Shown here: positions 1-13,114 of the stretch, in pieces | Layout of the letters: each line of letters opens with the position of its first letter | Numbering within the stretch: position 1 is the stretch's first letter | Source: Gammaproteobacteria bacterium | GTDB taxonomy: Bacteria > Pseudomonadota > Gammaproteobacteria > Ga0077536 | NCBI GenBank assembly: GCA_963662545.2 | Contig: CAXXLL010000003.1 | Location: 1,152,001 to 1,216,000 of the forward strand | DNA length: 64,000 nt | Direction of reading: 5' to 3' | Position numbers and translations under genes: made by a program | Notes under the pieces: model-generated | Databases searched by the model: none | What the model was told of the DNA's origin: nothing | What the model saw: the letters and a program-made list of their open reading frames with translations, nothing else

Positions 1-551
1 CGCTGAACATCGACCTAAGCGACGCCCGCGCCGCGGACCTCCGCGCCAAGCTATCGATTCCGCTGCATGTCGAGCCCCGACGGCGGGCGGACATCGATGT
101 CATCCTGCTCGCCGGCTATCCGGACAACGCTCGGCAGCTCCTGCCGCAGCTTCGGTACTTTCGCGCCGAAACCGTGCCGGTATTCGCTACTTCACACGTT
201 TATGCCGGCGGCACTGACGCCGAACGCGACAGGGATCTGAATGGCCTGGTATTCGGCGACATGCCTTGGCTGTTTGGCGCAGCGGACGCGGAACTCTTCA
301 ACGCGATAAGGCGCAGTTGGCCGGCCGAAGCAAATAATTACGCGCGCCTCCACGGCTTCGGCATCGATGCATACAGAATCATTCCCTACCTGGCAAAAAT
401 GCGCTACCAGCAAAATCTGCGGATTCCCGGCGTAACCGGTGTGTTGTGGATGGATTACGAGGGCATCGTGCATCGGCACATGACGTGGCTGAGGTTTGTC
501 GACGGTATTGCGACCCTGGCGGATGAATCTGTCCGGCGCTATGCACGCTGA
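1..551 (+). CDS. lpoA: Penicillin-binding protein activator LpoA/LppC, 3' part (truncated by window start)
   Basis: Frame open from base 3: PRRRADIDVI...QLRYF...PVFATSH...GLVFGDMPW...RLHGFGIDAY; upstream of yraN-gmhA-dolP. Confidence 0.85.
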   Translation, partial: LNIDLSDARAADLRAKLSIPLHVEPRRRADIDVILLAGYPDNARQLLPQLRYFRAETVPVFATSHVYAGGTDAERDRDLNGLVFGDMPWLFGAADAELFNAIRRSWPAEANNYARLHGFGIDAYRIIPYLAKMRYQQNLRIPGVTGVLWMDYEGIVHRHMTWLRFVDGIATLADESVRRYAR

Positions 552-552
552 C

Positions 553-924
553 ATGGGTCCGATCGAGACGTCGCGAGACTGCGGTCGAAACTTCGAGGAG
601 ATCGCGGAAAGCTACCTGCGTGAACGAGGCCTCTCCACCGTCGCCCGCAACTATACATGTCGCTTCGGCGAAATCGATCTGATCATGCTGGATGCAGAGA
701 CCGTAGTTTTCGTCGAGGTGCGCTACCGACGGTCTCTGCGGTTCGGCGGCGGTCTGGAAAGCATTACCGACAAAAAACGGAACCGGCTGATTCGAACGGC
801 GGCGCATTTTCTAGTGAAACGAAGCGGCCCGGCGGAACCGCCGTGCAGATTCGATGTGCTGGCGATTACCGGCGGCACGCAGACCTATTCGATTGACTGG
901 ATTGCCGATGCGTTTTCTGCATAA
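553..924 (+). CDS. yraN: YraN family (UPF0102) protein
   Basis: RNYTCRFGEIDLIM, VFVEVRYR, CRFDV; ATG 553 follows the lpoA stop. Confidence 0.92.
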   Translation: MGPIETSRDCGRNFEEIAESYLRERGLSTVARNYTCRFGEIDLIMLDAETVVFVEVRYRRSLRFGGGLESITDKKRNRLIRTAAHFLVKRSGPAEPPCRFDVLAITGGTQTYSIDWIADAFSA

Positions 925-997
925 TGCTTGTCGACACCGAACCTGGGCCGCTGGAAATGATCTCTTGCCCGTTGGGAACGGCTATTCAGATGCTTAA

Positions 998-1606
<609 letters not shown>

Positions 1607-2203
1607 ATGAAAAAAACTCCATTTCCGGAAATATTTAAACGGGCCCGCATTCTTCTGATCGTGGCAACCCTCGTAACTATTTCCGGTTGCGCCGGGATCC
1701 TCGTGGGCGGCGCGGCGACCAGCGCCGTCGTCGCCAATGATCCGAGAACGACTGGAACCTTCGTCGAAGATCAGGCGATCGAGGTCAAGGCCTACGCATC
1801 ATTGCGAGCAATTTCCGACATCAAGGAACAGACCCATATTGGGGTTACGAGCTATAACCAGGTGGTATTACTTACCGGTCAGGCGCCGACCGAAGACCTC
1901 CGTTCCCAGGTCGTCGAAATCGTCAGTGGGATCGCCAAGGTTCGGCACATCCACAACGAAGTAACTATCGCGGCGCCCAATTCGATGATGTCGCGAACAA
2001 ACGATGGACTTTTGACCACTAAGGTCAAGACCAAGATGTTCGCGACGGCGGACCTGAACGCGACCAAGATAAAAGTCGTTAGCGAAGCAGGCATCGTGTA
2101 CTTGATGGGTCTCGTTTCAGCAGCCGAAGGCGATCTCGCTGCCGAAATCGCCAGCAGGACGGGAGGGGTGCAGCGGGTCGTTAAATTGTTCGAGGAGCAG
2201 TAA
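1607..2203 (+). CDS. dolP: Dual-BON-domain lipoprotein DolP/YraP
   Basis: Lipobox ISGC, DPRTTGTFVED, VLLTGQ, VYLMGLV. Confidence 0.88.
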   Translation: MKKTPFPEIFKRARILLIVATLVTISGCAGILVGGAATSAVVANDPRTTGTFVEDQAIEVKAYASLRAISDIKEQTHIGVTSYNQVVLLTGQAPTEDLRSQVVEIVSGIAKVRHIHNEVTIAAPNSMMSRTNDGLLTTKVKTKMFATADLNATKIKVVSEAGIVYLMGLVSAAEGDLAAEIASRTGGVQRVVKLFEEQ

Positions 2204-2221
2204 TCACGCGCCGAAGACGCC

Positions 2222-2650
2222 TTATTTCACGACGGTTAAATGCGGTGCTCGACGCCGGGGATCTGTCTTTTCTGCATCGCTCGATTCTGGCGCAGAATCT
2301 TCACCTGATTCAGCGGCGGATTCGACGCGTTCGGCGTCTTCCCCCGGGTCGCCGAGAAAAATTCCCTGGCCGTTTTCACGCGCGTAGATTGCCTGCACCG
2401 CGTCGACCGGAACCGATATGTCGTAGGACTTGCCGGAAAATCGGGCGGTGAAATGGACGAATTCATTTCCAAGATCGAGATCGCGAACGGCATTGAGGGA
2501 CACATTTAACACGATCATGCCGTCTTCAACGTACTGTTGCGGCACCTTTATCTGATCACTTCCGGCATCAACGAGGAGATGCGGCGTTTGCTGATTATCC
2601 ACTATCCAATCGTAGATGGCGCGAATGAGGTAGGGCCTTGTTGACGTCAT
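2222..2650 (-). CDS. sspB: ClpXP adaptor SspB
   Basis: MTSTRPYLIRAIYDWIVDN, AIYARENGQG, C-terminal PHLTVVK. Confidence 0.96.
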   Translation of the reverse strand: MTSTRPYLIRAIYDWIVDNQQTPHLLVDAGSDQIKVPQQYVEDGMIVLNVSLNAVRDLDLGNEFVHFTARFSGKSYDISVPVDAVQAIYARENGQGIFLGDPGEDAERVESAAESGEDSAPESSDAEKTDPRRRAPHLTVVK

Positions 2651-2690
2651 GAGTTAGCGCTTATGCTCAACCGATCCGATACGGGCTTAG

Positions 2691-2852
2691 GGAACCCCTG
2701 AATAAGTTATGGCACACCTGCCTTGCGCCTGAAATCGCGGAGCCTTAACCGACGAAGCTTGCCAATAGTCCCCGCTATGGCCGGCGATTCGTGCCTTGAT
2801 CTGCACGATTTCATGCACCATTCACCCGCACCATAACTTATTCAGAGGTTTC
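2691..2852. mobile_element. Family A palindromic element (MITE-like), copy A1, 162 bp
   Basis: Terminal IR GGAACCCCTGAATAAGTTATGG / CCATAACTTATTCAGAGGTTTC; TTAG direct repeats 2687-2690 and 2853-2856. Confidence 0.9.
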
Positions 2853-3476
2853 TTAGCGCATTTCCTGCTCAGCCGGGGAAAGGCTGCTTTGAAAAGCCGG
2901 TCGATCGAACAGCTTATCGGCATATTTGACGAGTGGCTTAGCCTGTGCCGTCAGTTTTACGCCGTAATACGGCAAACGCCATAGAAGCGGACCCATGCAC
3001 ATGTCGGTGAGGGAAAAATCTTGTGTCATGAAGTACGGGTGTTGAGAGAATATCGGTGCGAGCGCCATCAGATTATCCCGCAGTGACTTGCGCGCATTAG
3101 CGGCGGCAATGTCGTTGTCGCCATCAAGAACCTCGGCCGAAGTGAACAGATCCCGAACGATACGAAAGCGGAACTGTCGATTATTAGCTCGCGAGACCGG
3201 GTCCACCGGCATTAACGGCGGATGCGGGTAACGTTCGTCGAGATACTCCATCATGATCTGCCCGTCATACAAAACGAGGTCACGATCAATCAAGGTAAGT
3301 ACGTTCTGGTAGGGGTTTAGAACGTTTAAATCTTCGGGCTTATTTTCTTCATCGATGAAATGGATCTCGACATGGATGTCCTTCTCCATCAGGACCAATC
3401 GTACACAGTGACCAATAAGGTCGGCCTCACTTGCATATAAGGTCATCACCGAACGTCTGTTTGCTAATGCAGTCAT
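2853..3476 (-). CDS. sspA: Stringent starvation protein A
   Basis: ANRRSVMTLY, EYLDERYPHPPLMPVDPV; between petC and sspB. Confidence 0.95.
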   Translation of the reverse strand: MTALANRRSVMTLYASEADLIGHCVRLVLMEKDIHVEIHFIDEENKPEDLNVLNPYQNVLTLIDRDLVLYDGQIMMEYLDERYPHPPLMPVDPVSRANNRQFRFRIVRDLFTSAEVLDGDNDIAAANARKSLRDNLMALAPIFSQHPYFMTQDFSLTDMCMGPLLWRLPYYGVKLTAQAKPLVKYADKLFDRPAFQSSLSPAEQEMR

Positions 3477-3477
3477 A

Positions 3478-4206
3478 TCAGTGAATATCCTTCCAATAAT
3501 CTCGTTTCATAAGGTAGGTTGCCGCCAGTAAAACCAAAAGAAAAGCGATGGTCCAGAAGCCGACTCGGTAGCGAATGAGCTTGGCCGGTTCTCCCACGTA
3601 AACCATGAAACTCACGAGCTCACGAACCGTTTTTTCATACTGCGACGGATCCAGCTTTCCGGGAACAGCAATTTTCAGGGTTGGACCGCGGTGAGCGTGC
3701 GCGTCCTCTTGAGCCTCCACCAACCGCTGTAATCCCTGAAGTTCCCACAAGACATGCGGCATAGCGGTGTCCGGGAAATACAGGTTATTCATGCCCCTCG
3801 GCCTGCTGTCATCGAGATAGAAACCAAGCAGATACGAATACAGCCAGTCAGCGCCGCGCGACCGGGCAATAACGGATAGATCGGGAGGCGCCACGCCAAA
3901 CCACTGCTCGGCATCTTGCGGCTGCATGGCGACCGTCATGGTGTTCCCGATCTTGTTCGTGGTGAACATCAGGTTCTTTTCTACGGCTTCCTCGCTGAGA
4001 TCGAGGTCTTCCACCAGCCGGTTGTAGCGCATGTAGGCAGCGGAGTGGCAACTCAGGCAGTAATTCACGAAGGTGCGAGCGCCGCGTTGCAAACTAGCCT
4101 TGCTGCCCAGGGAGACGTTCGCGTCGAGCAATTCGGGACCGTGACTGCCCGCAGCAATTCCGACGGTTGCGCAAACCCAAAGGGCCAGTGCAAGAATCGT
4201 TCGCAT
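3478..4206 (-). CDS. petC: Cytochrome c1
   Basis: SLQRGARTFVNYCLSCH heme motif, PPDLS, MPHVL, C-terminal TM; probable ATG 4206. Confidence 0.95.
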   Translation of the reverse strand: MRTILALALWVCATVGIAAGSHGPELLDANVSLGSKASLQRGARTFVNYCLSCHSAAYMRYNRLVEDLDLSEEAVEKNLMFTTNKIGNTMTVAMQPQDAEQWFGVAPPDLSVIARSRGADWLYSYLLGFYLDDSRPRGMNNLYFPDTAMPHVLWELQGLQRLVEAQEDAHAHRGPTLKIAVPGKLDPSQYEKTVRELVSFMVYVGEPAKLIRYRVGFWTIAFLLVLLAATYLMKRDYWKDIH

Positions 4207-4208
4207 GG

Positions 4209-5441
4209 TCAACCCGTCAGCCGATCCGGGACCGGCTTGGTTTTGTCCACTTTCGAGTAAAACGGCATCAGTAGAAAGAACCCGAAGTATATAAGTGAAA
4301 AACCGCGCGCGAGCCAGGTATACAAATTGGTCGGATTTTGCGTGCCGAGGTATCCCAGCGAAATGAAGCTGATGACAAACAAAACTAATGCCGTCTTGAA
4401 AATCGGTCCTCGGTAGCGAATCGATTTTACCGGACTGCGATCCAGCCACGGCAGCAAAAAGAACACCATCGTCGCCGCACCCATCGCCATCACGCCGAAC
4501 AATTTATCGGGGACCGCCCGCAAAATCGCGTAGAAAGGAGTGAAATACCAGACCGGCACGATGTGGTCAGGAGTCTTGAGCGGATTGGCCGGGACGAAAT
4601 TATTGTGTTCCAGGAACCACCCGCCAAACTCCGGAGCGAAGAATACTACAGCCGAAAACACGATTAGAAACGCCACTACCCCCACCGAATCCTTGACCGT
4701 GTAATACGGATGAAACGGAATACCGTCTACGGGCTTGCCATCGGCATCCTTGTTGTCCTTGATTTCGATGCCGTCCGGATTATTCGACCCGACCTCATGC
4801 AGTGCAATGATGTGCAATACGACTAGCCCTGCGATAGCAAAGGGAAGTGCAATGACATGGAACGAGAAAAATCGATTGAGGGTAATGTCGGAAACGACGT
4901 AATCACCGCGAATCCATAACGACAAGGTTTCTCCCACGAACGGGATGGCGCCAAAGAGTGAAATGATGACCTGGGCACCCCAGTAAGACATCTGCCCCCA
5001 GGGTAGGAGGTATCCGCAAAACGCTTCCGCCATCAGCGTCAGATACAGGAACATCCCCAGTATCCAAACGAGTTCGCGAGGCTTCTTGTAGGAGCCATAC
5101 AACAGCGCTCGAAACATGTGAAGATAAATGACGATAAAAAAGAAGGACGACCCCGTCGAATGCATGTACCGGATCAGCCACCCCCAGTCGACATCGCGCA
5201 TGATGTACTCGACCGAGGCAAACGCGGTAGCCGCGTCCGGCTTGTAATTCATCACCAGCCAGATGCCCGTAACGATTTGGATCGCGAGCACGACCATGGA
5301 AAAAACGCCGAAGTAATACCAGAAGTTAAAGTTTTTAGGCGCGTAATAACGGCCCATGTGATCGTTCCATAACTGCATAAGCGGGAACCGATCGTCGACC
5401 CAATCGCGAAGCTCGACCAAGCCTTTGACTACTGCGTTCAT
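4209..5441 (-). CDS. petB: Cytochrome b
   Basis: [29 protein letters not shown]. Confidence 0.97.
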   Translation of the reverse strand: MNAVVKGLVELRDWVDDRFPLMQLWNDHMGRYYAPKNFNFWYYFGVFSMVVLAIQIVTGIWLVMNYKPDAATAFASVEYIMRDVDWGWLIRYMHSTGSSFFFIVIYLHMFRALLYGSYKKPRELVWILGMFLYLTLMAEAFCGYLLPWGQMSYWGAQVIISLFGAIPFVGETLSLWIRGDYVVSDITLNRFFSFHVIALPFAIAGLVVLHIIALHEVGSNNPDGIEIKDNKDADGKPVDGIPFHPYYTVKDSVGVVAFLIVFSAVVFFAPEFGGWFLEHNNFVPANPLKTPDHIVPVWYFTPFYAILRAVPDKLFGVMAMGAATMVFFLLPWLDRSPVKSIRYRGPIFKTALVLFVISFISLGYLGTQNPTNLYTWLARGFSLIYFGFFLLMPFYSKVDKTKPVPDRLTG

Positions 5442-6037
5442 GAAGATCCCCCGCCGGCATCACCGATTAACAGGCGGGTTTCGCTGAGAAACCTGTATGG
5501 CGGGACCGTCATATTCTTCGGCGCCGGGACACCGGTGTATACGCGACCGGAAAGATCGAACTTCGAACCGTGACAGGGACAGAAAAAACCACCATGCCAA
5601 TTTTCGCCCATATTCACCTCGTTACCCGAAGCCACAAAACTCGGAGAACATCCGAGATGGGTGCATAAGCCGACGAGCACCAGATACTCGGGATTCGAAG
5701 AACGCCAGGAATTCAGGGCAAAATCGGGCTGCTCCGATCCTTCCGAACTCGGGTCGCGCAAGGCGCCTGACGGCATCGATGCTAGCGCTTCGAGTTGTTC
5801 CGGCGTTCGGCGGACGATCCAGACGGGCTTGCCCCGCCACTTGTGAATGATCCGCTGACCGATTTCGATCTTGCTTATGTCGACTTCGACCGGGGCGCCG
5901 ACTGCTTTCGCCCTGGCACTGGGTTGAAAGGTGGAAACGAAGGGGATCGCCGCGATACCGGCTCCAATACCGCCGATCACAACTACCGTACCGGTGAGAA
6001 ATCGGCGTCGCTCCAGGTCGACAGCATTCTCCTTCAT
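5438..6037 (-). CDS. petA: Rieske Fe-S subunit of the bc1 complex
   Basis: Tat RRRFL, CTHLGC, CPCHGS. Confidence 0.97.
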   Translation of the reverse strand: MKENAVDLERRRFLTGTVVVIGGIGAGIAAIPFVSTFQPSARAKAVGAPVEVDISKIEIGQRIIHKWRGKPVWIVRRTPEQLEALASMPSGALRDPSSEGSEQPDFALNSWRSSNPEYLVLVGLCTHLGCSPSFVASGNEVNMGENWHGGFFCPCHGSKFDLSGRVYTGVPAPKNMTVPPYRFLSETRLLIGDAGGGSS

Positions 6038-6200
6038 GCTCCCTTATCTCCTACACTGAATCTGTTCATGCAGTCGTCGATGCGCCGCCGGACTTGTGTG
6101 GCGATATTTGACTCGTTGTGGCCAGATTACGGATTTGGCCCCCAAGACATGATTCCGCGTCCGCCTCCCCTGATATTCGTTTTGGACCGAATATGCCTGG

Positions 6201-6360
6201 TAGCCTGTCGGACTTAGGGAATCGTAGCGCGGCGGGTGGAAAAGCGGGCTCGGAGGTGTCATGGTTTGAGGCGAATAGTGGGGCTATTTAACGAAAACCA
6301 TGGCGTATCTGGACCGCTATCCCAACGCCCAAGTCAATTCTTCCTAAGTCCGACAGGCTG
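6201..6360. mobile_element. Family B palindromic element, copy B1, 160 bp
   Basis: IR AGCCTGTCGGACTTAGG / CCTAAGTCCGACAGGCT; flanks CTGG/CTAG; related to 59356-59516. Confidence 0.8.
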
Positions 6361-6484
6361 CTAGCAGCATTCGATACGGAATGTCGATTTGTTAGGGTTA
6401 TGCGGTGGATTATACCACCAAATTTCAGGCGGCCATGGTCACTTGGGGACGTTCACCGGCCCTTAAATCCCCTTCACAACTTAA

Positions 6485-7606
6485 ATGAAAACTTTATTGT
6501 TCACCCTAAAATGGTCTTTCATCGGCCTGGGCGGAGCGCTGTTCATTCTGTTGTCGCTGCGCTACGCCGAGAATGCTGCGGGCATCGATCTACGCTTCGA
6601 CGAATGGCTGGGAACGGGCACCGAAGAGCACGCCGTCGGGTTCGCCCACGCAGTCGCCAGAGCTGCACCGGCGGTCGTCAGTGTTCATGCCGTCAGCCGC
6701 CGTCGGCAGAGGGCGAATCCACTGGTTGAAGATCCGGTTTTCCGACAGTTCTTCGGGACCCCCTCATCGAACGGTGCGACGCGTGCCGAAACCAGTCTGG
6801 GCAGCGGCGTCATTTTGGACGAATCGGGCGTGCTGCTCACCAATTATCACGTGATTCGCGGCGCTCAGGCTATCCAGGTTTCACTGCAGGACGGACGTAC
6901 CGCCGCGGCAGAGATCGTCGGGGCCGATCCGGACACCGATCTCGCGGTATTGAAAATCGATCTCGACGATCTTCCGCACATCGCGATCGCGGATTCCGAT
7001 AAGGTGAAGGTCGGAGATATCGTACTCGCTATCGGGAATCCGCTCGGCATCGGCCAGACCGTGACCCAGGGAATCGTCAGCGCCACGGGACGCAATCGTG
7101 TCGGTATCAATACATACGAGAATTTCATTCAGACCGACGCCGCGATTAATTTTGGAAACTCCGGGGGTGCTCTGGTTGACACGCACGGCGAGCTGGTGGG
7201 GATCAATTCGGTGCGAGTCGACACGGAAGGTATCGGATTCGCCATTCCAACGAGTATCGCAATCAAGGTAGCGAAACAGATACTCAGAACGGGCAGCGTT
7301 ACACGCGGCTGGCTTGGGATGGAAGCGCGCGATCTCACGCCGCGCTTAAGGGAGATGCTTGGCGCCGAAGAAGGAATCGTGGTATTCGGCATTCTAGCCG
7401 GCGGCCCGGCTGATATGGCCGGAATTCGTCCGGGCGACGTAATCACTCACATCGACCAGATCGCAATCACAGATTCTCACGCGGCCATCGAGCGGATCGC
7501 GGACCTTGGCCCGGGCTCCCGCGTTCCAATCAAGGGGATCAGGGAAAAGCGCCTTTACACCACGGACGTTACCGTGTCGATACGCCCGCCGCCGCCGGTG
7601 AATTGA
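6485..7606 (+). CDS. degS: DegS/HtrA-family serine protease, one PDZ domain
   Basis: LGSGVI, TNYHV, IQTDAAINFGNSGGAL, C-terminal PDZ. Confidence 0.85.
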   Translation: MKTLLFTLKWSFIGLGGALFILLSLRYAENAAGIDLRFDEWLGTGTEEHAVGFAHAVARAAPAVVSVHAVSRRRQRANPLVEDPVFRQFFGTPSSNGATRAETSLGSGVILDESGVLLTNYHVIRGAQAIQVSLQDGRTAAAEIVGADPDTDLAVLKIDLDDLPHIAIADSDKVKVGDIVLAIGNPLGIGQTVTQGIVSATGRNRVGINTYENFIQTDAAINFGNSGGALVDTHGELVGINSVRVDTEGIGFAIPTSIAIKVAKQILRTGSVTRGWLGMEARDLTPRLREMLGAEEGIVVFGILAGGPADMAGIRPGDVITHIDQIAITDSHAAIERIADLGPGSRVPIKGIREKRLYTTDVTVSIRPPPPVN

Positions 7607-7619
7607 AATCCGACTGGAA

Positions 7620-7754
7620 AGTGTCCATCCATAAACGTCAATATTTCTCTCGCAAAGGCGCCAAGAAAGCATTTAATACAATATTAATAACAATCAACCT
7701 ATCATTTTGCGATCTCTGCCTCTTGGCGAGAGTTACTCTTTCTGGATGGACGCT
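7620..7754. repeat. Palindromic intergenic element (family D) with AT-rich core
   Basis: IR AGTGTCCATCCA / TGGATGGACGCT; inner arms CTCTCGC...GCGAGAG; between convergent degS and hisC. Confidence 0.6.
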
Positions 7755-7756
7755 AT

Positions 7757-8845
7757 TTAGGTTAGCGACGACCGTAGCGCACACAGAAACGCCTGATTTT
7801 CCTCCGCCGTGCCGACTGTGACCCGTAGGCAGTCGGCGAGCAGCGGGTGGCTGTCCGACAAGTTTTTGATGAGTATTCCCTGCTGTTTTAACGACTCGAA
7901 TGTGGACGTGCCGCGTTCGCGTGGTGCGCGAAACAGAATGAAATTGGTCGCGCTTGGCCATACGGTAATGCCGTCGAGTCGCCTGAGGCCGTCGTACAAG
8001 ACTTCGCGTTGTTCGATGATCGCCGATATCTGAGTCTGGAATGCGCTTTCGTGCTCGATGGCGAATTTCCCAGCGGCCTGCGACAGCGCACTGATGTTGT
8101 ACGGCATTCGCAGCCGCTCGATCAGGTCGATCCACGGTTCGGCCCCGAATAACACTCCCACCCGGATACCGGCCAGGCCGATTTTGGACAGGGTCTGCAT
8201 GACGACGAGGTTTTCGATCGACTGAATTTCCGCGACACGCGTGTGCCCGCTGAAACGGTAATAGGCTTCATCCAGTACGACGAGGCCGGGCGCAAACTCG
8301 CAGATAGCCTCCAGTGTGTTCTCGTCTAACCTGTTCGCGGTCGGGTTGTTGGGACTGGCTATAAAGACCAGCGCCGGTTCATGTTCCTTTATCGCAGCGA
8401 TAGTGACGTCGAGATCCAATGCAAAATCGGATTCATCGAGCGGGACACCGAGAAATTTCATACCGACGGCGCGGGCCGCGTTCGAATACACCACGAAAGT
8501 CGGCTCCGGACACAGCACGCAGGCACCGCCGCCGCGGGCAAACGCAAGGCACAGTAAATGGATCAGCTCGTCCGACCCATTGCCGAGCGCCGCCTGGATC
8601 GTTTCCGGTAGATCGTGTGAATTCAGAAGACTCTGCTTGAGCTCGGATGCAGCAGGGTCCGGATAGCGGTTCGGTTCGACGCCGCTGAGCAGGTCATTCC
8701 AGCTTTCACGCAGCTCGACAGGGATCGAATAGGGATTTTCCATCGCGTCAAGCTTGATGAGCCCGCCCGCGTCCACAATTTTGTAGGGTACGAGTTCGCG
8801 GACCCAGGGCGCCGCAAAGCGTTCCAGACGGTCTTCTATACTCAT
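7757..8845 (-). CDS. hisC: Histidinol-phosphate aminotransferase
   Basis: [35 protein letters not shown]. Confidence 0.95.
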   Translation of the reverse strand: MSIEDRLERFAAPWVRELVPYKIVDAGGLIKLDAMENPYSIPVELRESWNDLLSGVEPNRYPDPAASELKQSLLNSHDLPETIQAALGNGSDELIHLLCLAFARGGGACVLCPEPTFVVYSNAARAVGMKFLGVPLDESDFALDLDVTIAAIKEHEPALVFIASPNNPTANRLDENTLEAICEFAPGLVVLDEAYYRFSGHTRVAEIQSIENLVVMQTLSKIGLAGIRVGVLFGAEPWIDLIERLRMPYNISALSQAAGKFAIEHESAFQTQISAIIEQREVLYDGLRRLDGITVWPSATNFILFRAPRERGTSTFESLKQQGILIKNLSDSHPLLADCLRVTVGTAEENQAFLCALRSSLT

Positions 8846-10143
8846 TTACCACCTACGCGATATCCAGCCGATCGCGCATGTGCAGTCAGCCCTTCACTTT
8901 CAGCCAGGACTGACGCGACCTTCCCCAACCGGATGGCAGCAGCGGCCGAACATTCGATGACCGAAGAACGCTTCTGGAAATCGTACACACCGAGCGGCGA
9001 GGAGAATCGAGCAGTTCCCGATGTCGGCAGCACATGATTCGGACCCGCGCAGTAATCGCCCAGGGCCTCGGCCGTGTAACGCCCCAAAAAAATGGCGCCC
9101 GCATGCCTGATTTCGGACAACCATCGGCGCGGATCGGAGACTGACAACTCCAAGTGCTCAGGCGCAATGCGATTGGCCAGCGCGATCGCTTCTTCCATGT
9201 CACCCACTTCGATCAGGGCGCCACGCGCCGCGAGCGCTTTGCCTATGATGATTCGACGTTCCATGCCGGAAAGCAGGCGGGTGATGCTCGCCTGCACCGC
9301 GTCGATAAATGCCGGGTCCGGACACAACAGGATAGCCTGGGCCCGTTCATCGTGTTCGGCCTGGGCAAACAGATCCATGGCAATCCAGTCCGGGTCGGTT
9401 CCACCGTCGCACACGATCAGAATTTCGGAAGGACCCGCGATCATATCGATGCCGACGCGGCCGAACACCATGGATTTGGCGGTGGCAACGTATATGTTTC
9501 CGGGGCCCACGATCTTGTCCACCGCTGGAACGGTCGCGGTGCCGAACGCCAAGGCCGCGATGGCCTGTGCACCGCCGATGGTAAACACGCGGTCGACGCC
9601 CGCAATAGATGCGGCCGCGAGAACCACCGGGTCGAGTTCGCCGCCCGGTGCTGGAACGGCCATGATGATTTCTCCCACGCCTGCGACTTTCGCGGGAATC
9701 GCGTTCATTAAAACCGACGAGGGGTAAGCCGCCTTGCCACCTGGTACGTATATTCCAACGCGATCTAGCGCTTTGACTTGCTGGCCGAGGACGGTGCCAT
9801 CGTTTTCGCGATACTCCCAGGATTCCAATTTTTGCCGTTCGTGAAAGATCCGCACACGCTCGGCAGCCTGCTCGAGCGCCGCTTTCAGGCCAGGTTCGAT
9901 GGCATCGATGTGAGTGTTGAAATTCCGTATTTCGATGTTGGACACATCGTGCAGTTCGCGCCGATCGAATTCGTTTGTGTATTGCAGCAGTGCAGCGTCT
10001 CCGCGTTCTTTTATCGCCGCAATGATCTCACGCACGGCACTTACGATTTCGGGACGTTCGTCGTCATCCCACGCCAAAAGCGCCTGAAGTTTTTCATCGA
10101 ACTCCGCGCAACGTGAATTCAGCCGTACAATGATCTCAGCCAT
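8842..10143 (-). CDS. hisD: Histidinol dehydrogenase
   Basis: [38 protein letters not shown]; probable ATG 10143. Confidence 0.96.
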   Translation of the reverse strand: MAEIIVRLNSRCAEFDEKLQALLAWDDDERPEIVSAVREIIAAIKERGDAALLQYTNEFDRRELHDVSNIEIRNFNTHIDAIEPGLKAALEQAAERVRIFHERQKLESWEYRENDGTVLGQQVKALDRVGIYVPGGKAAYPSSVLMNAIPAKVAGVGEIIMAVPAPGGELDPVVLAAASIAGVDRVFTIGGAQAIAALAFGTATVPAVDKIVGPGNIYVATAKSMVFGRVGIDMIAGPSEILIVCDGGTDPDWIAMDLFAQAEHDERAQAILLCPDPAFIDAVQASITRLLSGMERRIIIGKALAARGALIEVGDMEEAIALANRIAPEHLELSVSDPRRWLSEIRHAGAIFLGRYTAEALGDYCAGPNHVLPTSGTARFSSPLGVYDFQKRSSVIECSAAAAIRLGKVASVLAESEGLTAHARSAGYRVGGK

Positions 10144-10798
10144 CGCCTTCGGCCACCGCGGCTTTAAGGGCGTCGATAATTTTGCTGACGCGCACATGCT
10201 TGGTTTTCATCGCCGCCTTGTTCACGATTAATCGCGAACTGATCTCACAAATCGTCTCCATGGCAACCAAGCCATTGGCCTTTAGCGTATTACCGGTATC
10301 GACCAGGTCGACGATGCGATCGGCAAGCCCGACCAGCGGTGCCAATTCCATGGAACCGTAAAGCTTGATGATCTCCGCCTGTATGCCCTGCTGAGCGAAA
10401 TAGTTTCGCGCCGTCCGCGAATACTTGGTGGCGATTCGCGGACGCTCGGAGTTCAGTTCTGTATTCGGTAGACCCGCAACCACGAGGCGGCACTGGGCGA
10501 GGCGCAGATCCACGGGCTCGTAGTAATCCGCTCCTTCATGCTCCAGCAGGACGTCTTTGCCCGCGATCCCGAGATCCGCCGCCCCGTACTCCACGTAGGT
10601 CGGCACGTCGGAAGCGCGAATCACGAGCAGTTGAAAGCCGGGATTTGACGTTTCCAGGACAAGTTTGCGTGAAGTATCCGGATCGTCCTTGACTTCGATA
10701 CCGATTCGTCCGAGCAGAGGGATAGCATCGTTCAGAATCCTGCCCTTGGATACGGCAATCACCAGATTGTCGGCCGTTGTTTTCAGCGGATTCGCCAC
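10136..10798 (-). CDS. hisG: ATP phosphoribosyltransferase, short form (HisZ-dependent)
   Basis: [38 protein letters not shown]. Confidence 0.96.
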   Translation of the reverse strand: MANPLKTTADNLVIAVSKGRILNDAIPLLGRIGIEVKDDPDTSRKLVLETSNPGFQLLVIRASDVPTYVEYGAADLGIAGKDVLLEHEGADYYEPVDLRLAQCRLVVAGLPNTELNSERPRIATKYSRTARNYFAQQGIQAEIIKLYGSMELAPLVGLADRIVDLVDTGNTLKANGLVAMETICEISSRLIVNKAAMKTKHVRVSKIIDALKAAVAEGDG

Positions 10799-10838
10799 TT
10801 TATTTTCCGACTGTTGGAGACTTCACTGGTACCGCAGT

Positions 10839-12098
<1,260 letters not shown>

Positions 12099-12147
12099 TC
12101 AGCACGCAGGCGTTAGCCCGAATATCGCATGTAGCGACCTAAGGAAC

Positions 12148-12399
12148 CTAAAGCGTCTGGAATTTTCGGGCTTTTTCCCACGCCTCTTTCGTATAGGTCT
12201 GGATAGACAAGGCATGTATAGCGTTTTCCATACTACTGCCCAGCGAGGCATATACCATTTTATGCTGCTTTATCATCGGAAGGCTCGAAAATTCGTCGCT
12301 GATCACACGCGCCATGAAATGCGACCCATCACCATCGACATGGGCTTCACATCCGGGTATACCGGCTTCGATCATTTGCTTGATGTCATCCGAATTCAT
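12148..12399 (-). CDS. ibaG: BolA/IbaG family protein
   Basis: GDGSHF, QHKMVY, IHALSIQT; upstream of murA. Confidence 0.9.
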   Translation of the reverse strand: MNSDDIKQMIEAGIPGCEAHVDGDGSHFMARVISDEFSSLPMIKQHKMVYASLGSSMENAIHALSIQTYTKEAWEKARKFQTL

Positions 12400-12502
12400 A
12401 TCGAACGCGATTTCGTCGTTGAATTCGCTAAACTTATTCTAACTGTCGAGCTTAACTTAAACTCCAGCCCCTCAGTATTATCGACGACGGTGGGCCGTAA
12501 CA

Positions 12503-13114
12503 TCACTGGGAATACTGCTGATTTTTACTGATCATCGAATCCAGCAATCCGCCCAAACCGCTGTTCCTGATGATTGACCCGAACGAAGCTCTGTAAGTCT
12601 TCACCAGGCTCACTCCATCCACAGATACATCGAACACTTTCCAGTCCCCGGACTTATTGTGCAGGCGGTAAATGACCGGAATAGTCACGCTTCCAGGCTG
12701 CGTGATCTGCTGTTTGACCAGCGCCGTATTTGCTCTCGCCGTTTGCTCTATCGGCGGATAGGTAATCTCCTGGTCAGAAAAATTGAGCAGCGCAGTCGCA
12801 TAGGTTCCGACGAGAAGTTTACGAAACTGTTCGACGAAAGCTTCCCGCGCATCTTCGTCCGCTGCGGACCAGTGCTTGCCCAGCACCCATTTCGCCATGA
12901 TCGCAAAATCGAAATGCGGGAATACCATCTCGGATACTAGCGTGTACATTTTCGCGGGATTCGCACGCAATGATTCTTTTCCGCTCTTGATGCGCTCCAA
13001 GACCTTATCCGTCGTCGTGCGCACGACATCCAACGGCTCCGACGTGGTGGCCAAAGTGCCGATCGAAACGACAAGCAGTAACAACGCGGACGAAACTCCA
13101 GGGAACCGCTTCAT
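12503..13114 (-). CDS. mlaC: MlaC/Ttg2D phospholipid-binding protein
   Basis: Signal peptide, PHFDF..MAKWVLG, WKVFDVSVDGVSLV. Confidence 0.88.
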   Translation of the reverse strand: MKRFPGVSSALLLLVVSIGTLATTSEPLDVVRTTTDKVLERIKSGKESLRANPAKMYTLVSEMVFPHFDFAIMAKWVLGKHWSAADEDAREAFVEQFRKLLVGTYATALLNFSDQEITYPPIEQTARANTALVKQQITQPGSVTIPVIYRLHNKSGDWKVFDVSVDGVSLVKTYRASFGSIIRNSGLGGLLDSMISKNQQYSQ

